A DNA stretch of 64,000 bases from the human T2T-CHM13v2.0 reference genome, Homo sapiens (GCF_009914755.1 NC_060941.1), one strand, 5' to 3'. Shown: positions 1-15,510, numbered from the stretch's first letter. Translations and numbers: made by a program. Notes: generated by a model not told the origin, from the letters alone.

Positions 1-375
1 TGTGTGTGTGTGTTGGGGGTATATAAGGTGTGTGTGTGTGTTTGTGTGTGTTGGGGGTATATAAGGTGTGTGTGTGTGTTTGTGTGTGTTGGGGGTATAT
101 AAGGTGTGTGTGTGTGTGTGTGTTGGGGGGTATATAAGGTGTGTGTGTGTGTTTGTGTGTGTTGGGGGTATATAAGGGGTGTGTGTGTGTGTGTGTGTTG
201 GGGGTATATAAGGTGTGTGTGTGTGTTTGTGTGTGTTGGGGGTATATAAGGTGTGTGTGTGTGTTTGTGTGTGTTGGGGGTATATAAGGTGTGTGTGTGT
301 GTGTTGGGGGGTACATAAGGTGTGTGTGTGTTGGGGGGGTACCTAAGGTGTGGGGGGGAGGGCACATAAGGTGTG
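1..375. repeat. Compound minisatellite [(GT)n-ttggggg-tatataag], about 10 units of variable length, in RFLNB intron 1
   Basis: Repeated gtgtgttgggggtatataaggtgtg. It runs off the left edge of the window and decays by about 375. Confidence 0.95.
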
Positions 376-1819
376 GGCATTGGCTTCTGCAAACAGCCTC
401 CAAATAGTGACAGTAGGCCCTGCTCTGCCCCCACTCTCTGGCTGCCAGACCCTGCCCAACAGAAGGGGGCACCTCATGGGAAGGTGGGTGATCTCTGAAC
501 CCCCTACCGCCTTCCTCCAGGCATCGGCAGGAGCACTCGGTTCTGTCGCCTTCTCTGCTTTTCCATCCCTGCCCACCCGACAGACCCTCCCTGAGCACGA
601 CCCTCGCTCCAGGCTGGGGCTGGGGTGATGTGAGGCAGCGGAGGTCATAACAGACACATGAACGAAGGGCCACAGGAATGGGGATGTCGTCGTGGACTCT
701 GGCCCCTGGGAAGCATCAAGGAAGGCCTCCCAGAGGAGGTGACATGAGCTGGGCATTGAGGGGCCAGCAGGACGCCTCCTGGGAGAGGTAAGAGGCCCTG
801 GGCACGCGGGTGGAGGGCGGCAGCAGAAGCGCTGGTGTGGTGCATGTGTCCGGCCTGTGGCCAGGGCAGGTGGACGACGAGGCCAGATGGGGCCGGACGG
901 GAGGGCGCTGAAGGCCAAGTTGAAGCCAGCCCCGCCTTGGGATGGCGATGAGGAAACTGCCCTGATGCCCACCGAGAGACAGGGTGGGAGGGGCGAGACC
1001 ACCAGCACCGCCGGGGCTCCCGTGGGGGTCCCCAGGAACCTCTCGTGGGGATCCCTAGGGACGGCAGCGGCCGCCTTCACCGGGGGGAGGAAGTCCCCAT
1101 GCCGGGGGGCAGGGCCGGGCTGCGGCCCCGCTCCAGCTTTTCTGAGACCGCGGGCAGGATGTGGCTTCCCCAGAGTTCTAAGTAAAGGCAGCAAACACCA
1201 ACATCCGAGCGAGTCCCAGGGCAAAAGATTCGGTGGAGTCTTTTCTTTAAATGAACATTTTAAAGTAAAGCAAGAGGATTACTCCGTGAAAGTTTCCACC
1301 CACCCAAAGGCCTCCCACCCGTCATGTGAGGGACACCGGGTTCCCGGTGTTCAGGCCAAGAGGGGGCCCCGGGAGGCCGCAGGCTGGGGAGGGACCTTTC
1401 TCCCAAGGTCGAGGAAGGCTCTGGGCCCTCTGCCCCGGGATGGGGGGCCCGGCTGGGAGGAGGCGCGCGGCCCCGTGGGAGCCCAAAGCCGCGGGGTGTC
1501 GGGCCGGGGTTCCCTCCAGGCGCCCCCCGCGCCCGGCAAAGGCAGGAATGTGGCCGACCCGCAGCCCGGCAGCCCCGGGACCGCCACCCCGAAGGGAGGA
1601 GACGGCGGCTCGCCGCTCCCGGGGCTCCCGCGCCTCCCAGGCGGTGACAATTTTCCAGCCACGCGCTCCAGCTGGCCAGGCTCGCGGCGCTCCCGCCCCG
1701 GGCTCCCGGCGATGGCCGCCCCGTCCCGACACAGCGCGCCCGGGGGGCAGGAGCCGCTGGGGGTCCCGGAGCGGAAACCGCGGCGCTGGGAGGGAAGGAG
1801 CCCGCGCGGGGCCACTCAC

Positions 1820-2029
1820 CGGAGCCGCGGGGGTCGCCGCCGCCGCGTCGGGCTCCAGCGTCCCCGGTGCCGCCGCGCGCTCTCCGCCGCCTCCGCCCGC
1901 CGCGAGCCCCCAGTGGCTGGGGCTGGGGCTGGGGGGCAGCCCCGAGTCCGGGCTGTCCAGGACGCCGTCGCCCTTCTTCTTCGCGTCCACGAGCTCGGGC
2001 ACATCCTGTAGGCTCAGCCGGCCCACCAT
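1820..2029 (-). CDS. RFLNB: Refilin-B (FAM101B) coding exon 1, 70 codons, MVGRLSLQDVPELVDAKKKGDGVLDSPDSGLPPSPSP...ATPAAP; later exons lie left of the window
   Basis: Refilin N-terminus recognised. Perfect Kozak gccgccATGG at 2029. Donor CCG|gtgagt at 1820/1819, phase 0 (210 nt). Confidence 0.96.
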
Positions 2030-2179
2030 GGCGGCGCGCGAGGGGGGCCCGAGGCACCCGCGCCGGGGTCGCGGGACAGCGAGGGGCGCAGACGCGGGCC
2101 GGGGCCGCTGCCCGCCCGGCCGCCCTCCCTCCCTCCCTCCCTGCCCCGCCGCCCGCGCGCCGCCCGGGTCTCGCCGCTG

Positions 2180-2412
2180 CCCGCCCCGGCCTCGGCCCCG
2201 CCCCTTCCCCGCCCCTTCCCCGCCCCAGGCCCGGCCTCGGCCCCGCCCCGAGCCTTCCCCGCCCGGCCTCGGCCCCGCCCCCTCCCCGCCCCTTCCCCGC
2301 CCCAGGCCCGGCCTCGGCCCCGCCCCGCCCCTTCCCCGCCCTCCGGCCCCGCCCCCGGCGGTGGGCCCCGCCCCTTCCCCGCCCTCCGGCCCCGCCCCCG
2401 CCCCGCCCCCCG
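2180..2412 (-). promoter_or_regulatory. GC-box (Sp/KLF) repeat cluster and G-quadruplex-prone tract in the RFLNB proximal promoter
   Basis: More than a dozen CCCCGCCC(C) motifs in a degenerate tandem repeat 150-380 bp upstream of the ATG. Confidence 0.75.
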
Positions 2413-3607
2413 AGGCCGATCCCCGCGCGCTGGCGGCACCGAGCGCCAAAGGCCCCCCAGCCCGGGGTCTGGCCCCCAGCGCGCTACAGGTGGACGCGGG
2501 GACCCGCTCGCGCCGGGGCCCTGGGGGCGCGTTGACCCCTCGCCCTGTCCCAGCGGGACCCGGGAGGCGCTAACAGCTTCCGAGCTCGCGGTCGGGGGAC
2601 CCATCCCGCAGAGGCCTGGGGAGCCGCGCGAAGCCGGCGAGCAAACAGCTGGAAATTATTACCAGTTAATGCGCTCCGTGTGGCCGCAGCCGCCTGTTGG
2701 CCCCGGAAGGCGGGCCCTGGCGCTCCTGCCCGTCCCGGAGGAGAGGCCTGTCCTCGGGGGCTCCGCAGGCGCGGGTCACCCCTGGTGCTCAGCTGGACAG
2801 GCTGTGTGGCCACGCAGGACACGCGGGGCAGAGACCTTCTGCGGCTGGCGCAGGCTCGTGGACACGCTCAGCAGGGTGACCGCGGGCTGCGTCTAGGGCC
2901 ACCGGCCGCCCGGTGGGGGCCACGGCTTCTCCCTCACCGGGGCTAACCGCTCTGCCCACCCCACCCCCAGGAGAATCCCTTCTGAAAAACAGACAGCACT
3001 TCTCCCCACCCCTTCGGTTTGACAGCGAAGCCTTATCCTGAGTGGGAACTCGTCTCCGTAGCTGCGGGGTGTAGGACTGGGCTGTTTCTCACGGGTCTCC
3101 GAGGTCAGCAGAAAGTGCAGAGTCCCCACGCCACCTGCAGCCCTCCCCGGGGGTTCTGATGGGTATTCAGCCGAGGGCCTGGAGCTGAAGCCTCACCCAG
3201 ACCTACAGGACAGCTCAGGAGTCACACCCTGGACGTCCCTGGCTGAGACAGTGGCAGCCCAGTGCACATCCTTGTAAAGATAAAGGATATTTGTCCTGCT
3301 TGGGCCAGACCTGTTAAACTCAGAAACTCAGAGCAGGTAGATCTTAGAGACCCGCTGGCCAAGTTCCGTCCTCTTACCTCCCTTAGCTGTCACTTTCATG
3401 TAAGGAAACAGAGAGGGATTTCACTTGCCCCAAGTCACACAGCTGATCCGAGACAGCTTGCTGAGAACAGAAAGTCGGCATCATCCCTCCACAGAAGGTA
3501 AAACCTGGCACGCGCCTGTGTGCTGGCAGGTGGTTCATTCATTCAGGGTCTGCGGGAAGAGATTGCAAAATCCACAGTGCACGGTCCTGGCCAAATGGTA
3601 TTGCAAG

Positions 3608-4152
3608 TGTTACTGGGAAGGGGTCCCGATCCAGGCCCTCAGAGAGGATTCTTGGATCTTGGGCAAGAAAGAATTCAGGACGAGTCCATACAGTGAAAGC
3701 AAGTTTATTAGGAAAGTAAAGGAAAAAAAGAATGCCTACTCCTTACAGCAGTTCCGAGGGCTGCTGGTTGCCCATTTTTATGGTTATTTCTTGAGGATAT
3801 GCTAAACAAGGGGTGGGCTATTCATGCCTCCCGTTTTTAGACCATATAGGGTAACTTCCCGACGTTGCCGTAGCATTTGTAAACTCTCAGGGCGCTGGTG
3901 GGAGTGTAGCAGTGAGGACCACCAGAGGTCACTCTCATGGCCATCTTGGTTTTGGTGGGTTTCGGCCGGTTTCTTTACCGCGGCCTGTTTCATCAGCAAG
4001 GTCTTTATGACCTGTATCTTGTGCCGACCTCCTATCTCATCCTGTGACTTAGAATGCCTTCACCATCTGGGAATGCAGCCCTGTAGGTCTCAGCCTCATT
4101 TTACCCAGCTCCTATTCAAGATGGAGTCACTCCGCTTCACAGGCCTCTGATG
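3608..4152 (-). mobile_element. Solo ERV1 LTR, MER41 family (MER41A-like)
   Basis: Colinear with the remembered MER41 consensus from tgttac...ggggtcccgatccag to ...aggcctctga. About 545 bp. Lacks the tandem-GAS block of MER41B. Flanks caag/cagg resemble a target-site duplication (TSD). Confidence 0.8.
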
Positions 4153-4360
4153 CAGGGACACAGCTGTACCTCCTACCCCTTTGGATCCCACCATCTGCAC
4201 AGCCCAGGTGGCATCGGAGGAGGAGTCTCAGTGCTTTCTGGGGTTGTAGAAAGACGGTTTGTTGGCAGTGGGAGGCCTGGACTCACTGGAGGGAATTTGC
4301 CAGCCAAGCATGAAAGCCTGGTTAGATTGGGAAAGGTGTCTGGGAAGATGGTGGTCCTGA

Positions 4361-5068
<708 letters not shown>

Positions 5069-5309
5069 CCTCCTCCTTTACAGATTTACAGATATGCTCA
5101 GAACTGACACACACAAGAAATCAGAGGGGCTTGGAGAGAATCCAGCCCCGGCACTGACACTGACGGAGAAGCTGAGGTAGAGACCCCGGTCCCATATGCA
5201 GATTCCCCCAAACCGTTCAGCCACCACCCCACCAATAAGCTGCACCAAACACTGACACCCCCCATGGCTCCCAGAGTTCTGTTCAGCCAATCAATTATGC
5301 TGAGGAGGG

Positions 5310-5551
5310 GGCCGGGTGTGGTGGCTCACACCTGTCATTCCAGCACTTTGGGAGGCCGAGGCAGGTGGATCACCTGAGGTCCGGAGTTCGAGACCAGCCT
5401 GGCCAACATGGTGAAACCCCGTCTCTACTAAAAATACAAAAATTTGCCGGGCGTGGTGGCGGGCACTTGTAATCCCAGCTACTCAGGAGGCTGAGGCAGG
5501 AGAGTTGCTTGAACCCAGGAGGTGGATGTTGCAGTGAGCCGAGATCGCGCC
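5310..5551 (+). mobile_element. AluS, 3'-truncated
   Basis: ggccgggtgtggtggctcac through gagatcgcgcc, no A-tail. Confidence 0.9.
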
Positions 5552-6522
5552 CTTGTCTTTAAAGAGCTCAAAGAGAAGCCTAAGCCGACTGGAAGAGACA
5601 TGAGGTGAACCCAGGGAGCACCCGTGGCCTGGCCGAGGCTTCTCCTTGAACTCCTGGTATTCCAACCTGCCCAGGAGTCCTTCCGGGTGGGAGAGAAGGC
5701 GATTTTCTTTCTCCTTACATAAGAGCCATGCGGCTCAGCCCCTGGAAGTCAGGAGTGTTTCCATAGTCCTGAGCAGTGAGTCCACACAGCTAATCTGCTT
5801 TGGATTTTCGGAAGGGCCTCGCTACTGGGCCCATCATCATCCTGTGTCTTATCTTGATGTTTTCCAAAGGACATTGCTTAAAGAAACTCAAAGCAAACCC
5901 TGGGAAAGGCAGCCCATTCTACCTTTTCCAGCTCTGAAGACTGGCCTGCTTTTGAATAATAGCTGGGGTGCACCTAGAAATCAGGGGCGAATCACACAAA
6001 ATGAGCGGGACCCAGGAGACCAGGGGCTTGCACAAGACAGGTCTCTTCTCAAAGCCGTCCTTCCAGAGCAGGACCGTCAGTCCCTCGCCTGGGTCATGGA
6101 GATGCGGTGTCCTCAGAGGACTCGGCTTCTGGCCCGAGGCCTCTCCCGGCAGGGTCTGAGAAATGAAAGCTGCCTCACCATGAATGCCAGTCCTGCGTTT
6201 TTGTTTTTTCTGCACTAAATTAAGCCGCTGCCCAAGTGGGAGTTAAGTCAGACAGGAAGAGGGCAGGACCCCCACACCGCTGCTGCGTACTGTTTCGGAA
6301 CAGCTTGTCTTCCGTAAGCCCTGCCAGACAGTGGATTAAACACACCCCAGGCCCCGCATGCTGGCTGGTGCCCCGTGCCCGACACCGGCCCTCTCCCAGC
6401 CCCCAGGTCTTGGGCTGTTCTGTGGCTCATGATGTGTGGATTTGCCTGCTGTTGAACCAGGTCTTCTCTTTCCTTCATATGCACCTGTCAACCAAAATGC
6501 TTTTTGAAAAACAGAACTTTAC

Positions 6523-7266
6523 AGCTGGGCATGGTGGCTCACACCTGTCATCTCAGCACTTCAGGAAGCCGAGGGGTGGGGATTGCTTGATCCCAGGAGT
6601 TTGAGACCAGCCTGGGCAACATAGTGAGTCCTCATCTCTACACTTTTTTTGTTGTTGTTTTGTTTTGTTTTTTAATAGAGACAGGGTCTCCCTCTGTCAC
6701 ACAGGCTGGAGTGCAGTGGCACGATCATAGCTCATTGCAGCCTTGAACTCCTGGGCTCTAGCAACCCTCCCACTTCTGCCTCCTGAGTTGCTGGGACCAC
6801 TGGAGTGCACCCCCACATCCAGCCGTAAAGCTCTACTTTTATAATTTATGTTTATATTTTTATTGCTCTGTTCTCATAATTTATCATTTTTTTAACATTT
6901 ATTTCTATTTTTGTAGAGACAGGGTCTTACCATCTTGCCCAGGCTGCTCTTGAACTCCTGGGCTCAAGCCATCCTCCCTCCTCGGCCTCCCAAAGTGCCG
7001 GGATTACAGGTGTGAGCCACCACACCCAGCCAACTACAAAATTTTTGTTAAAATTAGCCTGGCATGGTGGCCGCCTGTACCTGTAGTCTGAGATTCTCAG
7101 GAGGGTGAGCTCAGATTCTCATGAGGGTGAGGTGGGTGGCAGGTACCTGTAGTCTCAGATACTCAGGAGGGTGAGGTGGGAGAATCACTTGAGCCCACGT
7201 CAAGGCTGCAATGAGCTATGATCACGCCATCGCACTACTGGGTGGTAGAACGAGACCCTGTCCTAA
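6523..7266. mobile_element. Plus-strand Alu interrupted at its central A-linker by a minus-strand Alu (about 6645-7032)
   Basis: The left arm ends at ctcatctctaca, an antisense Alu follows, and the right arm resumes at aaattagcctggcatgg. Confidence 0.8.
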
Positions 7267-7556
7267 AAATGTTTTTAACAAAAAGTTATTTTGTTCCTTA
7301 GTTTAGATTAAGGTGATAGTTTTCAAAGAACATTGAAAGGGACCTGTCATATTCAGTAAAGAAGCGAATTGAATTAAAAACACAAACCTGACAGAACACA
7401 GCCCATATGAGTGTACCCACACATGTTGGTGAGCTCGATTCATAACCCTGAGCCCCCGAGACTCACAAAGATGGCCTGAAACAGATACAGGCAAAGGGCT
7501 ACCAAAGTTCTCGCTTTCAGGGCTATCAGGTCTGAAGGAACAGGCTGGCTTTCTTA

Positions 7557-7889
7557 GTTTTGTTTTGTTTTTTGTTTGTTTGGGTTTTTTTGTTTTTTGT
7601 TTTGAGACAGTGTTTTGCTCTCGTTGCCCAGGCTGGAGTGCAGTGGCACGATCTAAGCTCACTGCAACCTCCACCTCCTGGGTTCAAGTGATTCTCCTGC
7701 CTCAGCCTCCCGAGTAGCTGGGATTACAGAAGCCTACCAGCACACCCAGCTAATTTTTGTATTTTTAGTACAGACAGGGTTTCACCATGTTGAAATCAGC
7801 CAAGCTGATCTCAAACTCCTGACCTCAGGTGATCTACCTGCCTTGGCCTCCTGAAGTGCTGGGATTATAGGTGTGAGCCACTGTGCCCC
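7557..7889 (-). mobile_element. AluS
   Basis: Full Alu consensus with a (tttg)n tail. Confidence 0.9.
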
Positions 7890-9348
7890 GTTGGCTTTTT
7901 TTCTGATCTCTCAGTTGGGAGACCACCCGTTTGGTTGGAGTCGTGGGGTCTGGCCAGGTCCAAATGATGACACAAACCCAGACAGGAAGTGCAGCTGGCA
8001 TCCATCAGTCCAGTGTGCCCAGTGTGGGGAGTCCCCTGATGCCAGTCAAACACGGCTCCACTCTGGAGGCCTCTTTGTAAGCTAAGAGCTGATTCTCCCA
8101 AATGCTCCCTAGTTACACAGAAAAGGACCTTCCTTGTCTTCTGCAAAATAAATCCAGGTGGGATTTGGCAAAGAGCTGGGGCACATGGCCTCCTCGGAGC
8201 TGCATCAATACACTTGCACTTCGGGCTCCGTTCTGCGTATTCGTGCTGGACGAGGACTTGCAGACCAGAAAAGTAGCCCTTGGGTGAGCAGTTGAAGTTA
8301 AGACCCTCGGCTCCTGGGCTGACTTGCTAGAAGGGCGTGCTGTCATTATCCCTGGGGATCAAATGTCTGGTCTGTGTGGCCACACTCCAAAGGCAGGCTC
8401 AAAGGTCTCCATGGTACTCCAGGGCCCCTTGAGGATTCGGGTCTGTGGGGGCTGCCCGGGAAGGGACGGAGAGCGAGGGCCCTTGGAGGCAGCCTGTTTG
8501 CTCCACACAATGACAGGTGACTTAGCTGTGTCCTTCCCGGGAGCCACAGTGGCTTCACGTACCCCTCTCCTATCCCCAGTTCAGAGCAGAATACATGCAG
8601 GCTGGAGGCAGCTGTGGTTTGCAGCCTGATACTTGCTGAAGACATTTACATGCTTTGAAGAAATGTGTTTCAGTTTTGGGTCTTTACTGAGAATGAGCCA
8701 GAGGGGGAAGAACTTGTGGTGAGGGAGGGTCTTATCTCTTCCCAGGCCACATCAGCCTGGGGCCAACTGGGGCAGTGTTGTTGCCCCTCTCCCCGCTCCC
8801 TTGTAGGACTTCCACCCCCACCTCCAACCACTGACAAGTACGTCTGGGAATCCCCGAAGATGTCTTTCATAAGCTCATAAATAAACCTGGTCACACTTAT
8901 GGAATGCCTGCTCTTAATTTTCTTTTCTTTTTCTAGCCCTCACTGTCCTGGCCTCTGGTTCTGCTAAGGTGTGTGACGGTGGACCACCACGGTCCTCCGA
9001 TTGGGTGCCCCTGCTGCAAGTACCATCAGCCCCTGCAGCCTCTTGAGAGAGGTGACAGTGGTGGCACATGGGTACGGTCCCCTTGCCCTTTGCCCCTTGC
9101 CAGGCACCGCCCAAAGCCCTGGGCACTGCTGCCGGTGCTGGTGGTGGCAGAGGCCCCTGTGGCTCTCGGGCATTAGCCTGTAGGTCTTCTGCTGCAAAGC
9201 GCCTCTCACCCCTCCTGGTTGCGTGGGTGGGGTGGTCCTGAAGCCCCGTGGCTTCCTTTATTTCTGCCTTCTCTGTAGAATTCAAACATGAACCCTGCAG
9301 GGCTAGACCAAGACACAAATATCAATTTCTAAAAACACCCCTTTGAGG

Positions 9349-10620
<1,272 letters not shown>

Positions 10621-11636
10621 CTACTGTCTGCTTTGGTGTCCACGTGCCGCCTGCTTTCCATTCTGCTTGTTCCAAATCCAGGTCTCAGCCAATGTGCTGG
10701 TCCTTTCACTACTTCTGGGAGCTTGGGAGCTCTTAGCAGCCATTACCTGCCCATGATTGGGTAGGAGGGACTCTGCGGTACACAGAGGCCTCCCCCTTAG
10801 GCCTTTCTAACTGGACAGCACCCTCAGGTCCTCACTCGCTGTCTCCTGGTGCCTTGTTGAACACAGAACTTTTCTCTGGGGGCTTCAGTCTCACAGGGGC
10901 ATTGCTGGAAGCCAGACAGTGGCTTCTAGATTAGCATCCTCCTCAAGCTGATGGGGGTGCTTCTCCTACTGGGGCTCAGCCCAGAGTGCTGGGGCTCCGG
11001 GTTTCTTCTCAGGGACCTACAAGCCTTTAAGCCTCTCTGGCTTTTCTTTTCTCATCTGCTGGGCAAAATCCACTTTCTTTCTTTTTAGGTGGAAAAAAAA
11101 TGTTTATGTCCAGATGCCCGGTCCCTGTGATGATAGTGTGGATTGGGTGCAAAAATGCTTCAGCATTTTGGTTCTTAACATTTAAAGGCAGATTTTTAGA
11201 ATAAGAAAACAAACCAAAACAGCATTCCAACATTCTTACATTGATAGCACGGATTCCAAGACTTTTGTCTCTACTGCAGAATTACAAAAGTCTGCACAAG
11301 AATTCAAGCAATTATCTCGATACCATCTGCACCTGAGCGCAGTGCATAGACGAGGCCCCACCTGCTGCTGCGGAAAGGGGCAAAGAATAGAAAAACAACC
11401 ACTTAACAGCAAAATGTGACTTCGCTACCTATCCAAAGGATGATCATTGATGTCCTGAGAGAACCAAGAAATCACGCACTGGAGGACCCCTGACCGGGAG
11501 GAAAGGCAGGGGTCTTTACTCAGTAGATCTTGAATAAGAACACTCTCTTGCAAGACACAGTTGGGTCACAGCTGGCCTTGTGCAATGAAAACCAAAGGGG
11601 AACTTCTGCTTACTGGGTTTCTACAGATAGAGATGA

Positions 11637-12401
<765 letters not shown>

Positions 12402-12562
12402 TTAATCATTTTAAGTGGAAATGTAACCATTTTAGGATAATGTCCTACAAAAATGTGAGTACAAGCAAGCAAAGACATTTGCAGAAAGATTTTCACAGAT
12501 GATGTGAGTCTAATGCCAAAAAACTAAACACAGCCTTTTGGCTATATTGCTAGAAGACTGGC

Positions 12563-12929
12563 TGTCTCAGTGTATTCACGCTGCTACAATAAAATGCCAC
12601 GGACTAATTGATAAATAGTAGATCGTTGTTCCTTACAGCTCTGGAGGCCAGGACGTCGAAGATCAGGTGCTGACGGACTCCGTGCCCAGTGAGGGCTGCT
12701 CTTTGCTTCCAAGATGGCGCCATGTTGCTTGTTACATGGCAGAAGGCAGAAAGTCACAGGGTGTCACACAGCTCCCCTGCACCTCTTTATAAGGTCATAA
12801 TCCCATTCTTGAGGCCCCTTCTTCATGATTTAACCACCTCCTAAGGGCCCCACATCTTAATACTATCACATCGGGGATTCACTTTCAACATAAGAATTTT
12901 GGAGGGACATATACATTCAAACCATAGCA
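12563..12929 (-). mobile_element. MaLR solo LTR (MLT1A-like)
   Basis: tgtctcagtgtattc...acagctctggaggc...ttcaacataagaattttggagggaca...ttcaaaccatagca is typical of MLT1A in reverse orientation. Confidence 0.75.
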
Positions 12930-12948
12930 CTGATGACATAAATGATGG

Positions 12949-14107
<1,159 letters not shown>

Positions 14108-14298
14108 CCACTGTACTTTAAAAATGAGCATTGCTACTGCAATATTATAGGGTAATAGCAGCACAGGCCACACTGAGCCATCAGTGTCGTCGGTTTTGAG
14201 AAGAGACCCGCTGGAGCCAGGCTCTTTAGCTCCTTCTGAGAAACCCTACGGAAAGAGGCGTGGAGCAGGCCCAGCCGGGAGCCCAGGGAGAGTGGACT

Positions 14299-14552
14299 CC
14301 GCACACCGAGACCCGCCTGAGCAGCAGAGAATGGCTTCCGGCTTCCGCACACCGAGACCCGCCGGTGCAGGGGTGAATGGCTTCCGGCTTCCGCACACCG
14401 AGACCCGCCGGTGCAGGGGTGAATGGCTTCCGGCTTCCGCACACCGAGACCCGCCTGAGCAGCAGAGAATGGCTTCCGGCTTCCGCACACCGAGACCCGC
14501 CTGAGCAGCAGAGAATGGCTTCCGGCTTCCGCACACCGAGACCCGCCGGTGC
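14299..14552. repeat. 46-bp CpG-rich VNTR, about 5.5 copies, two unit variants (order A-B-B-A-A-partial B)
   Basis: gcacaccgag recurs at 14301, 14347, 14393, 14439, 14485 and 14531. Confidence 0.97.
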
Positions 14553-14756
14553 GGGCTTCCTGGGACTTCCATTCTTGATTTGTTGGGGCAAGATTTTCTT
14601 TTGATTTCTGTGACTGTTCTCTGTGTAATCATTAAGAAAAAAATGTTATGATAAACTAACCATATTGGCTGACAGCCAGAGTGGTTAGGGGTGAGTAAGG
14701 TGTTGAGATTGAGGCCCTAGGAAAGGAAGGTGGAGCCATTTAGAAATGGGGAATTC

Positions 14757-14879
14757 AGCCGGGTGCGGTGGCTCATGCCTGTAATCCCCACACATTGGGA
14801 GGCCGAGGCGGGAGGCTCACTTGAGCCCAAGAGTTTGAGACAAGACTGGGCAATAGAATAAGACCCTGTCTCAAAAAAA

Positions 14880-14910
<31 letters not shown>

Positions 14911-14930
14911 AAGAAAAGAAAAAAAGAAAA
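14757..14930 (+). mobile_element. Alu monomer (FLAM-like) with long A tail
   Basis: A single Alu arm followed by poly-A. Confidence 0.8.
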
Positions 14931-15189
14931 ATGGGGGATTCAGGAAGGAAGCTGAGCTTACCTCGAGATGGTGCATATAAGCTAATGATGGGAGTTGGCT
15001 AGAAGACAGGAACTGAAAATTGGGGGGAGCTCAGGTGTAGCTGGTGTTTGCACCTGTGATGGCAGGTAAGTCCTCAGGAGCCTGGCATGAAAACAGGGGG
15101 CCTAAGACCTCGAGGCCTGGCCGCTGTCAAGGCTCAGAAGGAGAGGAGAGCTGGGGAAGGAGACTAAGAAGTCCCAGAGCCAGTAAAGC

Positions 15190-15510
15190 AGTTAAGGGAG
15201 AATTCCGGAGAGAGGAGGACTCACAGAGTTAAGGGAGAATTCCGGGGAGAGGGGGACTCACACAGTTAAAGGAGTATTCCGGGGAGGAGGACTCAGAGTT
15301 AAGGGAGGATTCCGGGGAGAGGGGGACTCACACAGTTAAAGGAGTATTCCAGGGAGGAGGACTCAGAGTTAAGGGAGAATTCCGGGGAGAGGGGGACTCA
15401 CACAGTTAAAGGAGTATTCCGGGGAGGAGGACTCAGAGTTAAGGGAGGATTCCAGGGAGAGGGGGACTCACACAGTTAAAGGAGGATTCCAGGGAGAGGG
15501 GACTCACACA
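15190..15510. repeat. G-rich minisatellite with alternating 37/33-bp units (70-bp dimer), 9 units
   Basis: gttaa(g/a)ggag starts at 15191, 15228, 15265, 15298, 15335, 15368, 15405, 15438 and 15475. Confidence 0.95.

Larger units (their letters stand above)
1340..2950. promoter_or_regulatory. RFLNB: CpG island covering the RFLNB promoter and exon 1
   Basis: Very high GC and dense CpG around the start codon. Boundaries estimated by eye. Confidence 0.9.

Noticed and set aside
15-290. CCTTATATAC (minus strand) as repeated CArG boxes
   Set aside because: Lacks the terminal GG, giving two mismatches.
343-2946. Many long overlapping ORFs (up to 415 aa) on both strands
   Set aside because: These reflect stop-codon scarcity in a CpG island. 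The translations are Gly/Pro/Arg/Ala low complexity. Only 1820-2029 has a Kozak start, a splice donor and a recognisable protein.
15240-15500. TTCCGGGGA as STAT (GAS) sites
   Set aside because: Does not fit TTCN3GAA.
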